A stretch of DNA of 30,922 nt from a virus (IMGVR_UViG_3300042507_004482:1-30922); one strand, 5' to 3'; shown: positions 11,493-20,724, numbered from the stretch's first letter. Numbers and translations: made by a program. The notes: generated by a model not told the origin, from the letters alone.

Positions 11493-12215
11493 ATGAGTTG
11501 TATAACATATATCAATAATGACGCCAACGGAGTTCCTGTAACAGTATCAGGAACAACTTGTGGTGGTGTGGTCGGGAATTTTATGGTAAATTCTGGTCAA
11601 GCAATCTGTATGGATAATGATTTCGAAATCATCACTTGTGGTAATGCTGATATTGGAGCAGAGTGTCTTCCACCAGTAACCCCGACACAAACTCCAAGTC
11701 AAACAACAACTCCAACACCATCTGTAACTGTTGGGTTAACACCTACCGCAACTCCTCAATCAACAACAACACCAACAATAACTTCAACACCAACAAGAAC
11801 TTCAACACCAACACCTACATCAACACCACAAGTAACATCTACTCCAACATCAACACCTCAGGTAACATCAACACCAACATCTACAATACCTGCAACTCCT
11901 TCAATAACATCATCACCTACACCTACTGAAAGTTGTCCTAATACCGTTTATACACACGGTGCACTCAGAGGAACTTGTAGTGATTATTGTAACAACAACT
12001 ATAATATCACAGTTCAGGATTGTTCAAGTGAACCTTATTCTACTCTAACTATTGGTGATTTCATTTATGGTTATTCAGGTCAGAGTGGTTTCCTTGCATA
12101 TTCGAATGTATCAACGGACACTACAACAGGTCCATTCTTGATTGCTGATTTGGATGGTTCAGGTGAGATACTTGGAATCTATGTTTGTTCAGGTGGAAGT
12201 TGTATACCTCAATAA
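11493..12215 (+). CDS. Pro/Thr-stalk protein, N-terminal paralog of 10026..11483
   Basis: Shares the SC..Y..N......SGTTC.GV.G.F....GQ.ICM.N module. It has a ~85-aa PT tract and a Cys-containing C-terminal domain. Confidence 0.6.
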   Translation: MSCITYINNDANGVPVTVSGTTCGGVVGNFMVNSGQAICMDNDFEIITCGNADIGAECLPPVTPTQTPSQTTTPTPSVTVGLTPTATPQSTTTPTITSTPTRTSTPTPTSTPQVTSTPTSTPQVTSTPTSTIPATPSITSSPTPTESCPNTVYTHGALRGTCSDYCNNNYNITVQDCSSEPYSTLTIGDFIYGYSGQSGFLAYSNVSTDTTTGPFLIADLDGSGEILGIYVCSGGSCIPQ

Positions 12216-12220
12216 AAATA

Positions 12221-12228
12221 ATATTTAT
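12221..12228 (+). promoter_or_regulatory. ATATTTAT motif
   Basis: Lies 4 nt before ATG 12233. Confidence 0.6.
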
Positions 12229-12232
12229 AGAT

Positions 12233-12355
12233 ATGGACTATACGCCTAAAAACATTGCTCAGAACCTAAGTGACTTGAAGTTGATTTTTCCGAGCATTAT
12301 GAACAACATAAAGTTCATTAAATTTTTCACCAAGAAATTAGAGAATGGCAAGTAA
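12233..12355 (+). CDS. 40-aa hypothetical peptide (not in the ORF track)
   Basis: MDYTPKNIAQNLSDLKLIFPSIMNNIKFIKFFTKKLENGK. It follows the promoter motif, fills the gap and overlaps the tape measure start. Confidence 0.55.
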   Translation: MDYTPKNIAQNLSDLKLIFPSIMNNIKFIKFFTKKLENGK

Positions 12356-14639
12356 GAAGAAAATAGAAGTTGATGTTGATATAGAAGTCAACTCCGAACC
12401 GTCCCTCAAACAGTTAAGAGAACTCAAAAAACAACTTAAAGAAACTGCCGCTGGTTCAGCAGAGTTTAACAAACTCGTTGCACAAATCAGAGATGTAGAA
12501 GACGCACTTGAAGAAAGTAAGGTCGGTGCTGAGGATTGGGCTGGTTCATTGGAGAAAGCAGGTGGTCCATTGGGACTATTGGGTAAGGGAATTAGACAAG
12601 CGGAGATTACCTTCTCATCATTCAACACTGCTCTGAAAGCGTCGGTGATTGGTCTCGTTGTTGCGGCTATCGGTGGTCTTGTTGCGGCGTTCAGTCAGAG
12701 TGAAGCAGCACAAAAGAAATTACAACCAATCTTCATCGCATTTGAAAAAATCTTAGGTGGTATATTCCGTGCTATGGAGCCACTACTCGATATCTTTATC
12801 GAGTTAGCGATGACCGCTCTCCCCTATGTTACAAAGGGGATTGGAATGTTTTATTCTGGTCTATTTGGTCTATTCACATTTATCAAAAATGTTGGTCAGG
12901 GTGTAATTACAATTCTCAAAGGAATATTCACCCTTGATTTCGATGTTGCTCAACAAGGTTTTGACCAACTCAAAAACTCTGTTTCTGATGCTGCGGGTGC
13001 TGCTCAGGAGGCATACAAAAGATTTACAGATGGAACTAAGGAGTTAACCAAGACAGAGAAGGAAGAAATTGAAAAAAGAAATGCTGCAAAGAAAACTGAA
13101 CAAGATGAACAGGACAAGAGAAATAAAGAAGCCTTAGAAAAACAAAAGAAAAATCTTGATGCTCAGATTCAACTTGAAGTAAACAAGGACAATACCTCAA
13201 AAGAAAATCTCAAAAAACTCCTTGATGAGAGAATGAGATTGGAAATGGCTGGTCAGAATATGACTGAAGCAGAGAAGGAACTTTTGAGACAGGACTATGC
13301 TAAGAAATTAGATGACGCATTAAAAGAAGATGAGAATAAGAGACAAGAAAACGAGAAGAAGAAACTTGAAAGAAGAGCGAGAGAACTTGATGCTCTTATT
13401 CAACTTGAAATAGACAAAACAAATACTTCAACTGCTGAACTTCAAACTCTCCTTGACCAAAGGATGAATATTGAGTTACAGAATGTTGAACTTACTGAAG
13501 CGGAGAAAAATGTAATCAGAGCAAAGTATGCGAAACAACTGGCTGACGCAATTAAATCCGATGAAGACAAAAGAAAGAAGGACAGACAAGATGCACTCGC
13601 TAATGAGTTAGGAGTTGTGTCGAACGATACTCAAAGACAACTTGAATTATACAGACAATTTCAAGCAGAGGTATTAGCGTCAGAACAATATACTGCTGGT
13701 GAGAAATTAAGAATCATCACTGAGACCAATCAGAAGATATTAGCACTACAAGAAGAAAGATTTGTTAAGGAAAGATTACAAGATGAAATAAATTTCCAAC
13801 AAGGTGAACTGACTCAAATCAATTTATTACAACAGGAAAAAACAAGATTAGACCAACAGGCAGCGAATTATCTTGATTTGAAGAATAAGAAACAAATCAA
13901 TGATACACAATATCTACAATTCATCAAGGCGAATAACCAAGCACAGATGAATGTGGATAAGTCACTCTTAGATGCTAAGATGGCTAACTTTCAAGCGATA
14001 TCACAACTTCTGTCTGCAACTGCATCACTCGTTGGAGAACAAACAAAAGCGGGTAAAGCACTCGCAATCGCTTCTGCTACCATCGACACATATGTTTCTG
14101 CGAACAAGGTATTAGCAGACCCCACCCCAATGCCGACAGTTTTGAGATTCGCTCTCGCAGCAGCGGCAATTGTTCGTGGTCTCGTATCTGTTAAGAAAAT
14201 TGTTGATACCAAATTACCTGTATCAGGTGGTGGAACAGCAGGTGCTCCTGGTGGACAACCAGCGAATCAACCTCCTGGTCTTATCAATGTCTCTGCGAGA
14301 AAAATGGCTCAAGGTGGATTTGTATCAGGACCAGGAACATCAACATCAGATTCAATCCCCGCACTTCTTAGTGATGGGGAGTTCGTTGTTAACGCTCGTT
14401 CAACTCAGTTATTCAAACCATTGTTGACTGCAATCAATGACGCAGGAGCACTACCTCAATTCGCAGTAGGTGGAATGGTTAACAAACAGAATCAACCACA
14501 ACAAGATAATAGTGCAAGGATTGCTGAGGTTATACAACAGACATTCCAAAATCAACCAATTAGAACATTCGTAACAGCGACAGATATATCAAATCAACAA
14601 CAATTTGATAGAGTAATTAAATCTCGTTCGTTGATATAA
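12345..14639 (+). CDS. Tail tape measure protein
   Basis: 764 aa with Ala/Gly-rich amphipathic segments, a long coiled coil and the motif AQGGFVSGPGTSTSDSIPALLSDGEFVVNA. Confidence 0.85.
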   Translation: MASKKKIEVDVDIEVNSEPSLKQLRELKKQLKETAAGSAEFNKLVAQIRDVEDALEESKVGAEDWAGSLEKAGGPLGLLGKGIRQAEITFSSFNTALKASVIGLVVAAIGGLVAAFSQSEAAQKKLQPIFIAFEKILGGIFRAMEPLLDIFIELAMTALPYVTKGIGMFYSGLFGLFTFIKNVGQGVITILKGIFTLDFDVAQQGFDQLKNSVSDAAGAAQEAYKRFTDGTKELTKTEKEEIEKRNAAKKTEQDEQDKRNKEALEKQKKNLDAQIQLEVNKDNTSKENLKKLLDERMRLEMAGQNMTEAEKELLRQDYAKKLDDALKEDENKRQENEKKKLERRARELDALIQLEIDKTNTSTAELQTLLDQRMNIELQNVELTEAEKNVIRAKYAKQLADAIKSDEDKRKKDRQDALANELGVVSNDTQRQLELYRQFQAEVLASEQYTAGEKLRIITETNQKILALQEERFVKERLQDEINFQQGELTQINLLQQEKTRLDQQAANYLDLKNKKQINDTQYLQFIKANNQAQMNVDKSLLDAKMANFQAISQLLSATASLVGEQTKAGKALAIASATIDTYVSANKVLADPTPMPTVLRFALAAAAIVRGLVSVKKIVDTKLPVSGGGTAGAPGGQPANQPPGLINVSARKMAQGGFVSGPGTSTSDSIPALLSDGEFVVNARSTQLFKPLLTAINDAGALPQFAVGGMVNKQNQPQQDNSARIAEVIQQTFQNQPIRTFVTATDISNQQQFDRVIKSRSLI

Positions 14640-14664
14640 AAATTGGAACATTTTATTAAAACAA

Positions 14665-14672
14665 ATATTTAT
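14665..14672 (+). promoter_or_regulatory. ATATTTAT motif heading the head operon
   Basis: Lies 5 nt before ATG 14678. Confidence 0.6.
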
Positions 14673-14677
14673 AAGTA

Positions 14678-16306
14678 ATGAATCCTACTCGTATTATTGA
14701 ACTTTTTATTGATGATGAGTTTGAGGAAAGTGGTATTGAAGCAATCTCACTTGTATCAAGACCTGCTCACGATGAGCAGTGGATTGCTTTTGGTCACGAT
14801 GAAGAAGTTGAAAAGTTAGAACCCAAATACAATATTGTATCAGATGACTTCTGTTCACACAACCCAAAATTAGACCAATTAGGAGAACCTTATTCTCAAT
14901 TGATAGAAGAAGGTTGGGAAGTAATTAAAGTCGAAAAAATCACACCTATGATGGTTCAGAAGATGAACCAAGAGAGGTTCTCAGAACCAAACGAACCATC
15001 ATTCTTAGATAATGACCAATTTAGAGTTAGATTCAAGTATGTAGGTCCAAGAGATGAGAAGAACAGACAGTTCTGTTCTGATATGTTATCCAAGAATAGA
15101 GTTTATAGACAAGAAGATATTGATGAGTTAACTGATTCAGTTGCTAATGAAGAATTTGGTTTCTATAACATCTTTTTGTGGAGAGGTTCATTTAACTGTC
15201 GCCACACTTGGGTTAGATTATTATACGCACCGACTGGTAAGATTAGAAACTCAGGTTCATCAAGTAAGGGGTTAGAAGATACAAGTGCTCAGTCATCAAA
15301 TCTTCAACCTGATACAAGAACAGAAGCGACAATCAATTCACCAAATCCATCAAAACAATGGAAGCCAGGCATGCCAAGAACAGGTCCAAATCTTTTTAAG
15401 AAAGATGAAATGGGACTTGAAGATGCTTGTTGGGAAGGATATGAACCAATCGGGACTAAGATTCTTGATGGTAGAGAAGTTCCAAACTGTGTTCCAATAA
15501 AGTTGACTGAGGATGATTTCGTTGATTCAATTTCTGACTACCCTGAGGGTGTTAAGAACGCAGCAAAAAGTGCTGTTGCATATGCAGAGAAAAACGGATG
15601 GGGTTCTTGTGGAACTGGCGTAGGAAAACAAAGAGCATCTCAACTCGCGAAAGGTGAAAACATCTCAGTTGATACATTAAAAAGAATGTATTCTTATTTA
15701 TCAAGACACAAGACAGATTTAACCAAATCAAAATCATATGATGATGGTTGTGGTAAGTTGATGTATGATGCTTGGGGTGGTGAAGCAGGATTAAAGTGGG
15801 CAGAAAGAAAGTTGGCTCAACTTGAAAAAGAGAGAATGACTTTCGCAGTAGCCGATGAAGACAAACAAATTCTTGTTGGAGCGGCGATGGTGCCAAACAA
15901 GATGATTCATAGATATGATGATTTGGGGAATATGTATTATGTGTATTTCTCAAAAGCATCCATCAGAAAAATGGCGGATAAGTTTCTTAAACAAAAAAGA
16001 ACTGATGAAACTTCAATTGAACATAATGGAATTAAGTTAGGTTCAGATAAAGTTTATATAACAGAATCTTGGGTATCAGAAGACCCCATCAAAGACAAAT
16101 CAAATATGTATGGTTTTGAACTACCATCGGGAACTTGGTTTGTTCAGATGAGAGTTGAAGACAAGAAGATATGGAAATTAGTTAAAGATAATATGTTAAC
16201 AGGATTTTCTGTTGAAGGATTATTCGCTAATAAATCGGTTTTCTCAAAAGAAGACAAAAAAATAAACCAAATAAAGCAAATACTTAAATCAATAACAGAT
16301 GAATAG
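14678..16306 (+). CDS. XkdF-like prohead serine protease with a large internal insertion
   Basis: N-terminal GIEAISLVSRPA, and C-terminal KQILVGAAMVPNK...YYVYFSK...EH...ESW...GTWFVQMRV...TGFSVEG. It lies upstream of the scaffold and capsid genes. Confidence 0.8.
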   Translation: MNPTRIIELFIDDEFEESGIEAISLVSRPAHDEQWIAFGHDEEVEKLEPKYNIVSDDFCSHNPKLDQLGEPYSQLIEEGWEVIKVEKITPMMVQKMNQERFSEPNEPSFLDNDQFRVRFKYVGPRDEKNRQFCSDMLSKNRVYRQEDIDELTDSVANEEFGFYNIFLWRGSFNCRHTWVRLLYAPTGKIRNSGSSSKGLEDTSAQSSNLQPDTRTEATINSPNPSKQWKPGMPRTGPNLFKKDEMGLEDACWEGYEPIGTKILDGREVPNCVPIKLTEDDFVDSISDYPEGVKNAAKSAVAYAEKNGWGSCGTGVGKQRASQLAKGENISVDTLKRMYSYLSRHKTDLTKSKSYDDGCGKLMYDAWGGEAGLKWAERKLAQLEKERMTFAVADEDKQILVGAAMVPNKMIHRYDDLGNMYYVYFSKASIRKMADKFLKQKRTDETSIEHNGIKLGSDKVYITESWVSEDPIKDKSNMYGFELPSGTWFVQMRVEDKKIWKLVKDNMLTGFSVEGLFANKSVFSKEDKKINQIKQILKSITDE

Positions 16307-17285
16307 TAAGCAAGCATTAGACAAGATTATGAAAATCTTAAATCTAACTCCACAAAAATTTTATGATGCAAAAACTGAACAAGGGATTGCAGTTAAGATT
16401 GATGGTGATTTAGAATTAGGTGCTCCAATCTATGTCGCAACGGAAGAAGGTATGATTCCTGCTCCTGCTGGTGTTCACAAACTTGATGATGGTTCTGAAA
16501 TCGAAGTTGATGATGATGGCAAAGTATCCAAAATTAAAATGGGTGCTACTCCTGACGCAAAGATGGAAGACAAGAAAGAAAAAGAATCTATCAAGGATGA
16601 GAATATGAAAGCGGCTTTTGCTGATGTTAAGATGAAAGACGGAAAGATGATTAGAGTTGAAGGTGAAGAACCAATGGTTGGTTTGATGACCAAACTCGTT
16701 AATTATGATGGAACTCTTACAGCATTAACTGATGGCGTTTATGAAACTGAGAATGGTAAGAAAATCAACATCGTTGGTGGAACTATTCAAGGTATAGACG
16801 AAGCAGATGAAAAAGCAGCGGAGAAATTTACCGAAGCAAAAACAGCAGATGGTGCTATTGTTGAATCCCCAACATTCGATGTGGGAGAAGATTTAATGGT
16901 AGTTAAAGATGGTGATAAGTCGCCAGCACCAGATGGAGAACACCAAATCGTTCTCAAAGATTCTGAGGGTAACGATGTTAAAATCAGAGTTATGACTAAG
17001 GATGGTAAAATCGTTGAGAGAGAAAATGTTGAGGAAATGGAAGATGATATGATGTCCGCTGAAGAAGTGGCAGAATTATTCTCACAAGCACTTAAAAAAA
17101 TCGAATCAAAGATTGACGCAATCTCTGCTAAACAAATTGAACTTGATGGTAAATTCCAAAAGTTCTCTAAGGAACCAGCAGGTCAAAAAGTGTTCACACA
17201 AAAAACAATAAACGAAACCTTCTCTAAAACAGAAGATAGATACGAGTCATTCAAGAGATTGAGAGCGGCTCTGAACAAAAACTAA
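16299..17285 (+). CDS. Capsid scaffolding protein with a triplicated domain
   Basis: Acidic 328-aa protein between protease and capsid. It has three related units (F.(D/E).K...G...(PAP/ALT)(A/D)G.(H/Y)) and a C-terminal helical tail. Confidence 0.7.
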   Translation: MNSKQALDKIMKILNLTPQKFYDAKTEQGIAVKIDGDLELGAPIYVATEEGMIPAPAGVHKLDDGSEIEVDDDGKVSKIKMGATPDAKMEDKKEKESIKDENMKAAFADVKMKDGKMIRVEGEEPMVGLMTKLVNYDGTLTALTDGVYETENGKKINIVGGTIQGIDEADEKAAEKFTEAKTADGAIVESPTFDVGEDLMVVKDGDKSPAPDGEHQIVLKDSEGNDVKIRVMTKDGKIVERENVEEMEDDMMSAEEVAELFSQALKKIESKIDAISAKQIELDGKFQKFSKEPAGQKVFTQKTINETFSKTEDRYESFKRLRAALNKN

Positions 17286-17311
17286 ACAATAAATAAAAAT
17301 TAGGTAATAAA

Positions 17312-18271
17312 ATGAAAAACAAATTATCAAAAATGTCGTTCAATTACGATTTAGCAGGGCTAAGTTCGTATGTTGACCAACTTTCATCTGATATCATTTC
17401 TGAAGCAGTATTGACTCCTGTTACTATGAAGTATGTTAATGTAATTCCTGGTATTAAAGGAACTCAAAATGTAAACTTACTTTCTGAAACATTAGTAGTC
17501 CAAACAGGAACAACTTGTGGTTGGGAAAATTCTGGAACAACAACATTTACTGTTGCTCCTTTAACTGTTCAATCATTAAAGGTAAACCAATCACTATGTC
17601 TTCAAGAATTGAACACATTATGGTTAGGTCAATACTTAAACAGCGGTTCATACAATGAAACTGCACCATTCGAGCAGGCTATTGTTGACTTACAAACTAA
17701 ACAAATCAAAAGATATAATGAGGATTTATTATGGAACGCTTCAAGTGGTTCATCTGCATTCTCAGGTTTCATTGAGTTGTTGAATAACACAGGTGGTGTT
17801 GTTAAATTAACAGGTGCAACTGCATTATGTGCTGTAACAGGTGCTACTGTTCAAGAACAAGCAAATAGAGTTTTGGCTCAAGTTGATAACATCGTAAATA
17901 CACTTAACAGAAACATTTATGATAGAGATGATATCGTAATCTTTATGTCTCAAACTCAGTTCAAGTGTTACTTGACTGCAATCAGAAATGTAAACAACTT
18001 CCATTTCAGTGAACCAACTCTTGGTCAAGTATTTGAAACATTCCACCCTCAAACAAAGTATAAAGTTGTAGGAGTTCCTGGTCTTAATGGTTCAAACTTA
18101 ATCGCTGCTGGTCCTCAACAGTATTTTTTAGTTGGGTGTGACCTTATGTCGGACGAAGATTCATTCCGTTCTTGGTGGTCTATGGATTTCCAAGAAGTGA
18201 GAATCGCTGTGAACTGGAAAATCGGAACACAAATCGCTTTCCCTCAGTTCTTCGTAACTAATGGTCTTTAA
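17312..18271 (+). CDS. Major capsid protein
   Basis: 319 aa following the scaffold and followed by a strong hairpin. Motifs LSSYVDQ, IPGIKG, LCLQEL..LW and VGCDLMSD. Confidence 0.85.
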   Translation: MKNKLSKMSFNYDLAGLSSYVDQLSSDIISEAVLTPVTMKYVNVIPGIKGTQNVNLLSETLVVQTGTTCGWENSGTTTFTVAPLTVQSLKVNQSLCLQELNTLWLGQYLNSGSYNETAPFEQAIVDLQTKQIKRYNEDLLWNASSGSSAFSGFIELLNNTGGVVKLTGATALCAVTGATVQEQANRVLAQVDNIVNTLNRNIYDRDDIVIFMSQTQFKCYLTAIRNVNNFHFSEPTLGQVFETFHPQTKYKVVGVPGLNGSNLIAAGPQQYFLVGCDLMSDEDSFRSWWSMDFQEVRIAVNWKIGTQIAFPQFFVTNGL

Positions 18272-18277
18272 TATTTA

Positions 18278-18307
18278 TGGTCGGGGGGAAACCCCCACCA
18301 TTAATTT
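18278..18307 (+). terminator. GC-rich GAAA-tetraloop hairpin after the capsid gene (weak terminator or stabilising stem)
   Basis: TGGT-C-GGGGG GAAA CCCCC-ACCA followed by TTAATTT. Confidence 0.6.
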
Positions 18308-18337
18308 CAATAAACTAAAAAATTAAATCAATATAAA

Positions 18338-18868
18338 ATGAGTTGTAATGTAAGTGCAGGGATTGCGTTAGGTTGTAGAGATGTAGTTGGTGGTGTTCAA
18401 ACCATCTGGATTACAGACCAAGACAATATCGCATCAATCACAAAAAATACAGGTGATACTATCACCCAAATTTCAGGCACAGGCTCGTATTACGAATTTC
18501 AACTGATTAGAACTTCTTCTCAATATACCGAGACAGTTAATGCTTCACTTGAAAATGGAACTGTGTTTTACACACAAGAATTGGTTACATTTTTCTCTAA
18601 GTTAGAACAATCAAAAAGAAATATTTTGAAAACACTCGCTCAATCTCCAAAACTATCAATCGTGATGGAAGATAATACGGGTAAATATTTCCTACTTGGA
18701 GAAGTGTATGGCTCTTTCGTGTCTGCTGGTTCATCAGTAACGGGTAAAGCGCTCGGGGATGCACAGGGCTATAACATAACTTTCCAAGCGTTGGAGCAAA
18801 ATCCGATGTGTGAGTTAAGTGGTCCTATTTCATCAGTTGTTGCTGGTATTACAGTAGTCGCTGCTTAA
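18338..18868 (+). CDS. Major tail (tube) protein
   Basis: 176 aa with SC...AGIALGCRDVVGG, ENGTVFYTQEL, EDNTGKYFLLG and GKALGDAQGYNITF. Confidence 0.75.
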   Translation: MSCNVSAGIALGCRDVVGGVQTIWITDQDNIASITKNTGDTITQISGTGSYYEFQLIRTSSQYTETVNASLENGTVFYTQELVTFFSKLEQSKRNILKTLAQSPKLSIVMEDNTGKYFLLGEVYGSFVSAGSSVTGKALGDAQGYNITFQALEQNPMCELSGPISSVVAGITVVAA

Positions 18869-18878
18869 TAATAAATTG

Positions 18879-18917
18879 TAGTCACAGGGGGGTTAATATC
18901 CCCTTGTGATTATTTTT
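18879..18917 (+). terminator. Rho-independent terminator
   Basis: TAGTCACAGGGGG / CCCCTTGTGATTA stem followed by TTTTT. Confidence 0.8.
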
Positions 18918-18924
18918 ATCTGCT

Positions 18925-20724
18925 ATGATTCTTCTAAAAACAAATCAGTTAAATAAGATGGTAGTTACTGTGTCTCAAAACGCAGAACTCGCCAATCCTG
19001 AATGGTTATTTTCATTCACTCATATCTTCTCAAAAAGAAGGGTAACAATGATATTGTCTAATATCTCGACTCACAGAGTTAGATATGATGAATTTGAATT
19101 TATAGAAGGACCAAATCCTGGTCAGATTGCATTCCCTTATGAGGGACAATACAATTATGGTATATGGGAACAACCAGCAGGTAGTGGTAATTTAGACCCT
19201 GCATTAGCGTATAACCTCGTTGAATCAGGTATCGCATTATTGATTGCTCAATCTGCTAATACCACAAATGAATACTATATGGAGTTCATATCACCTGATG
19301 AAGATGATTCCAATATTATATTCGCTCCTGATGAATTAAACCCACCATCACCAACTCCAAGTGTAACAGCATCTCAAACTGCTACACCAACAATAACTCC
19401 ATCGAATACACCGACACAACAATTTACTCCGACACCAACTGTAACACCTTCTCAAACACCAACGAGAACAGAGACACCTACACCTACTACTACAACTACA
19501 TTAACTTCAACGCCAACAAATACTCAAACACCTACTCCTACTACTACAACCACATTGACTGCTACCCCTACACAAACTCCTACTAATACTGAAACACCTT
19601 CTAACACACCAACAAATACTCCAAGTATTACACCAACACAAACTCCTACTACAACAACTACATTGACCGCTACCCCTACACAAACTACAACAAATACTCC
19701 AAGTGTAACACAAACACAAACTCCTACTACAACAACTACCTTGACTGCTACTCCTACACAAACACCAACGAGAACAGGAACACCTACGCCTACTACTACA
19801 ACTACATTGACTGCAACCCCTACACAAACTCCAACACCGTCTATTACCGCGAGTCAAACACAAACTCCAACACCGTCTATTACCGCGACTCAAACAATAA
19901 CTCCTACAAGAACGGCGTCTGTTACACCAACTCCAACAGCAACTCCACCAGCAGGTCTCACACAGGCGAATAATTATTTGACCGCTATTGTTAACGCAGG
20001 TGCTACAGGTATTACATCAACAGTTTCTGCCGCAACACAAACATTATTTACAAGTTTATGGTCTAACAGTTTGAACACGAAAATGATTGCGATGTATCCA
20101 TTCTTGGGTGGTAATAGTAGTGGATGTAAATTCAATGCAATTGACCCACAAGACACAAATGGTGCATACAGATTGCTCTTCAATGGTGGTGTTACATTCA
20201 ATGCTTCAGGTGTTACCTTCAACGGTAATAACGGATACGCCAACACATATCTATCAGGAAATACAATTACTCCAAACGATAACCACTTGTCTGTCTATAT
20301 GAGAGATAACACAGCAATCAATACCAAAACATACTTGGGTTATGGTGAAGGTTCAACAAACTTCCTAATATCAAATGGTGGTGATAACAATTACCATTAT
20401 TATTATGGATTAGATACTGCGGGTATTGTTAGCACAACATCAGCAACAACAAGTGGATTAAATCTAATCACTACGACAGGTCAAAGTTTCCAAAACCTTT
20501 ACAGAAATGGTAGTGTCGTTTTAAGTAATTCAGGAGCAACTACTGGTTCAACAAATCAAGAAGTAGTAATTGGAGCACTCAATAATGCTGGTTCGATACA
20601 ACAATACTATGGAAATGAATATAGATTTGTTACTATTGGATATGGATTGAGTGAAGCACAACAATCAACTCTATCTTCAATAATAAACACATTCCAAACA
20701 ACTCTTGGAAGAAATACATATTAG
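18925..20724 (+). CDS. Virion protein: N-terminal structural domain, ~200-aa Pro/Thr stalk and a lectin-like (ConA/LamG-like) C-terminal domain
   Basis: The architecture is visible in the translation. The C-terminal domain has MYPFLGG, FNGNNGYANT, LYRNG and VVIGALN. The fold call is inference. Confidence 0.6.
   Translation: MILLKTNQLNKMVVTVSQNAELANPEWLFSFTHIFSKRRVTMILSNISTHRVRYDEFEFIEGPNPGQIAFPYEGQYNYGIWEQPAGSGNLDPALAYNLVESGIALLIAQSANTTNEYYMEFISPDEDDSNIIFAPDELNPPSPTPSVTASQTATPTITPSNTPTQQFTPTPTVTPSQTPTRTETPTPTTTTTLTSTPTNTQTPTPTTTTTLTATPTQTPTNTETPSNTPTNTPSITPTQTPTTTTTLTATPTQTTTNTPSVTQTQTPTTTTTLTATPTQTPTRTGTPTPTTTTTLTATPTQTPTPSITASQTQTPTPSITATQTITPTRTASVTPTPTATPPAGLTQANNYLTAIVNAGATGITSTVSAATQTLFTSLWSNSLNTKMIAMYPFLGGNSSGCKFNAIDPQDTNGAYRLLFNGGVTFNASGVTFNGNNGYANTYLSGNTITPNDNHLSVYMRDNTAINTKTYLGYGEGSTNFLISNGGDNNYHYYYGLDTAGIVSTTSATTSGLNLITTTGQSFQNLYRNGSVVLSNSGATTGSTNQEVVIGALNNAGSIQQYYGNEYRFVTIGYGLSEAQQSTLSSIINTFQTTLGRNTY

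Noticed and set aside
10913-11929. Alternative-frame Asn/Thr-rich ORFs (10913..11239 and 11663..11929)
   Set aside because: They are stop-free only because of the ACA/CCA repeats inside real genes.
19507-19893. Minus-strand Cys/Arg/Ser-rich 128-aa ORF
   Set aside because: It is the antisense of the long PT tract and has no expression signals.
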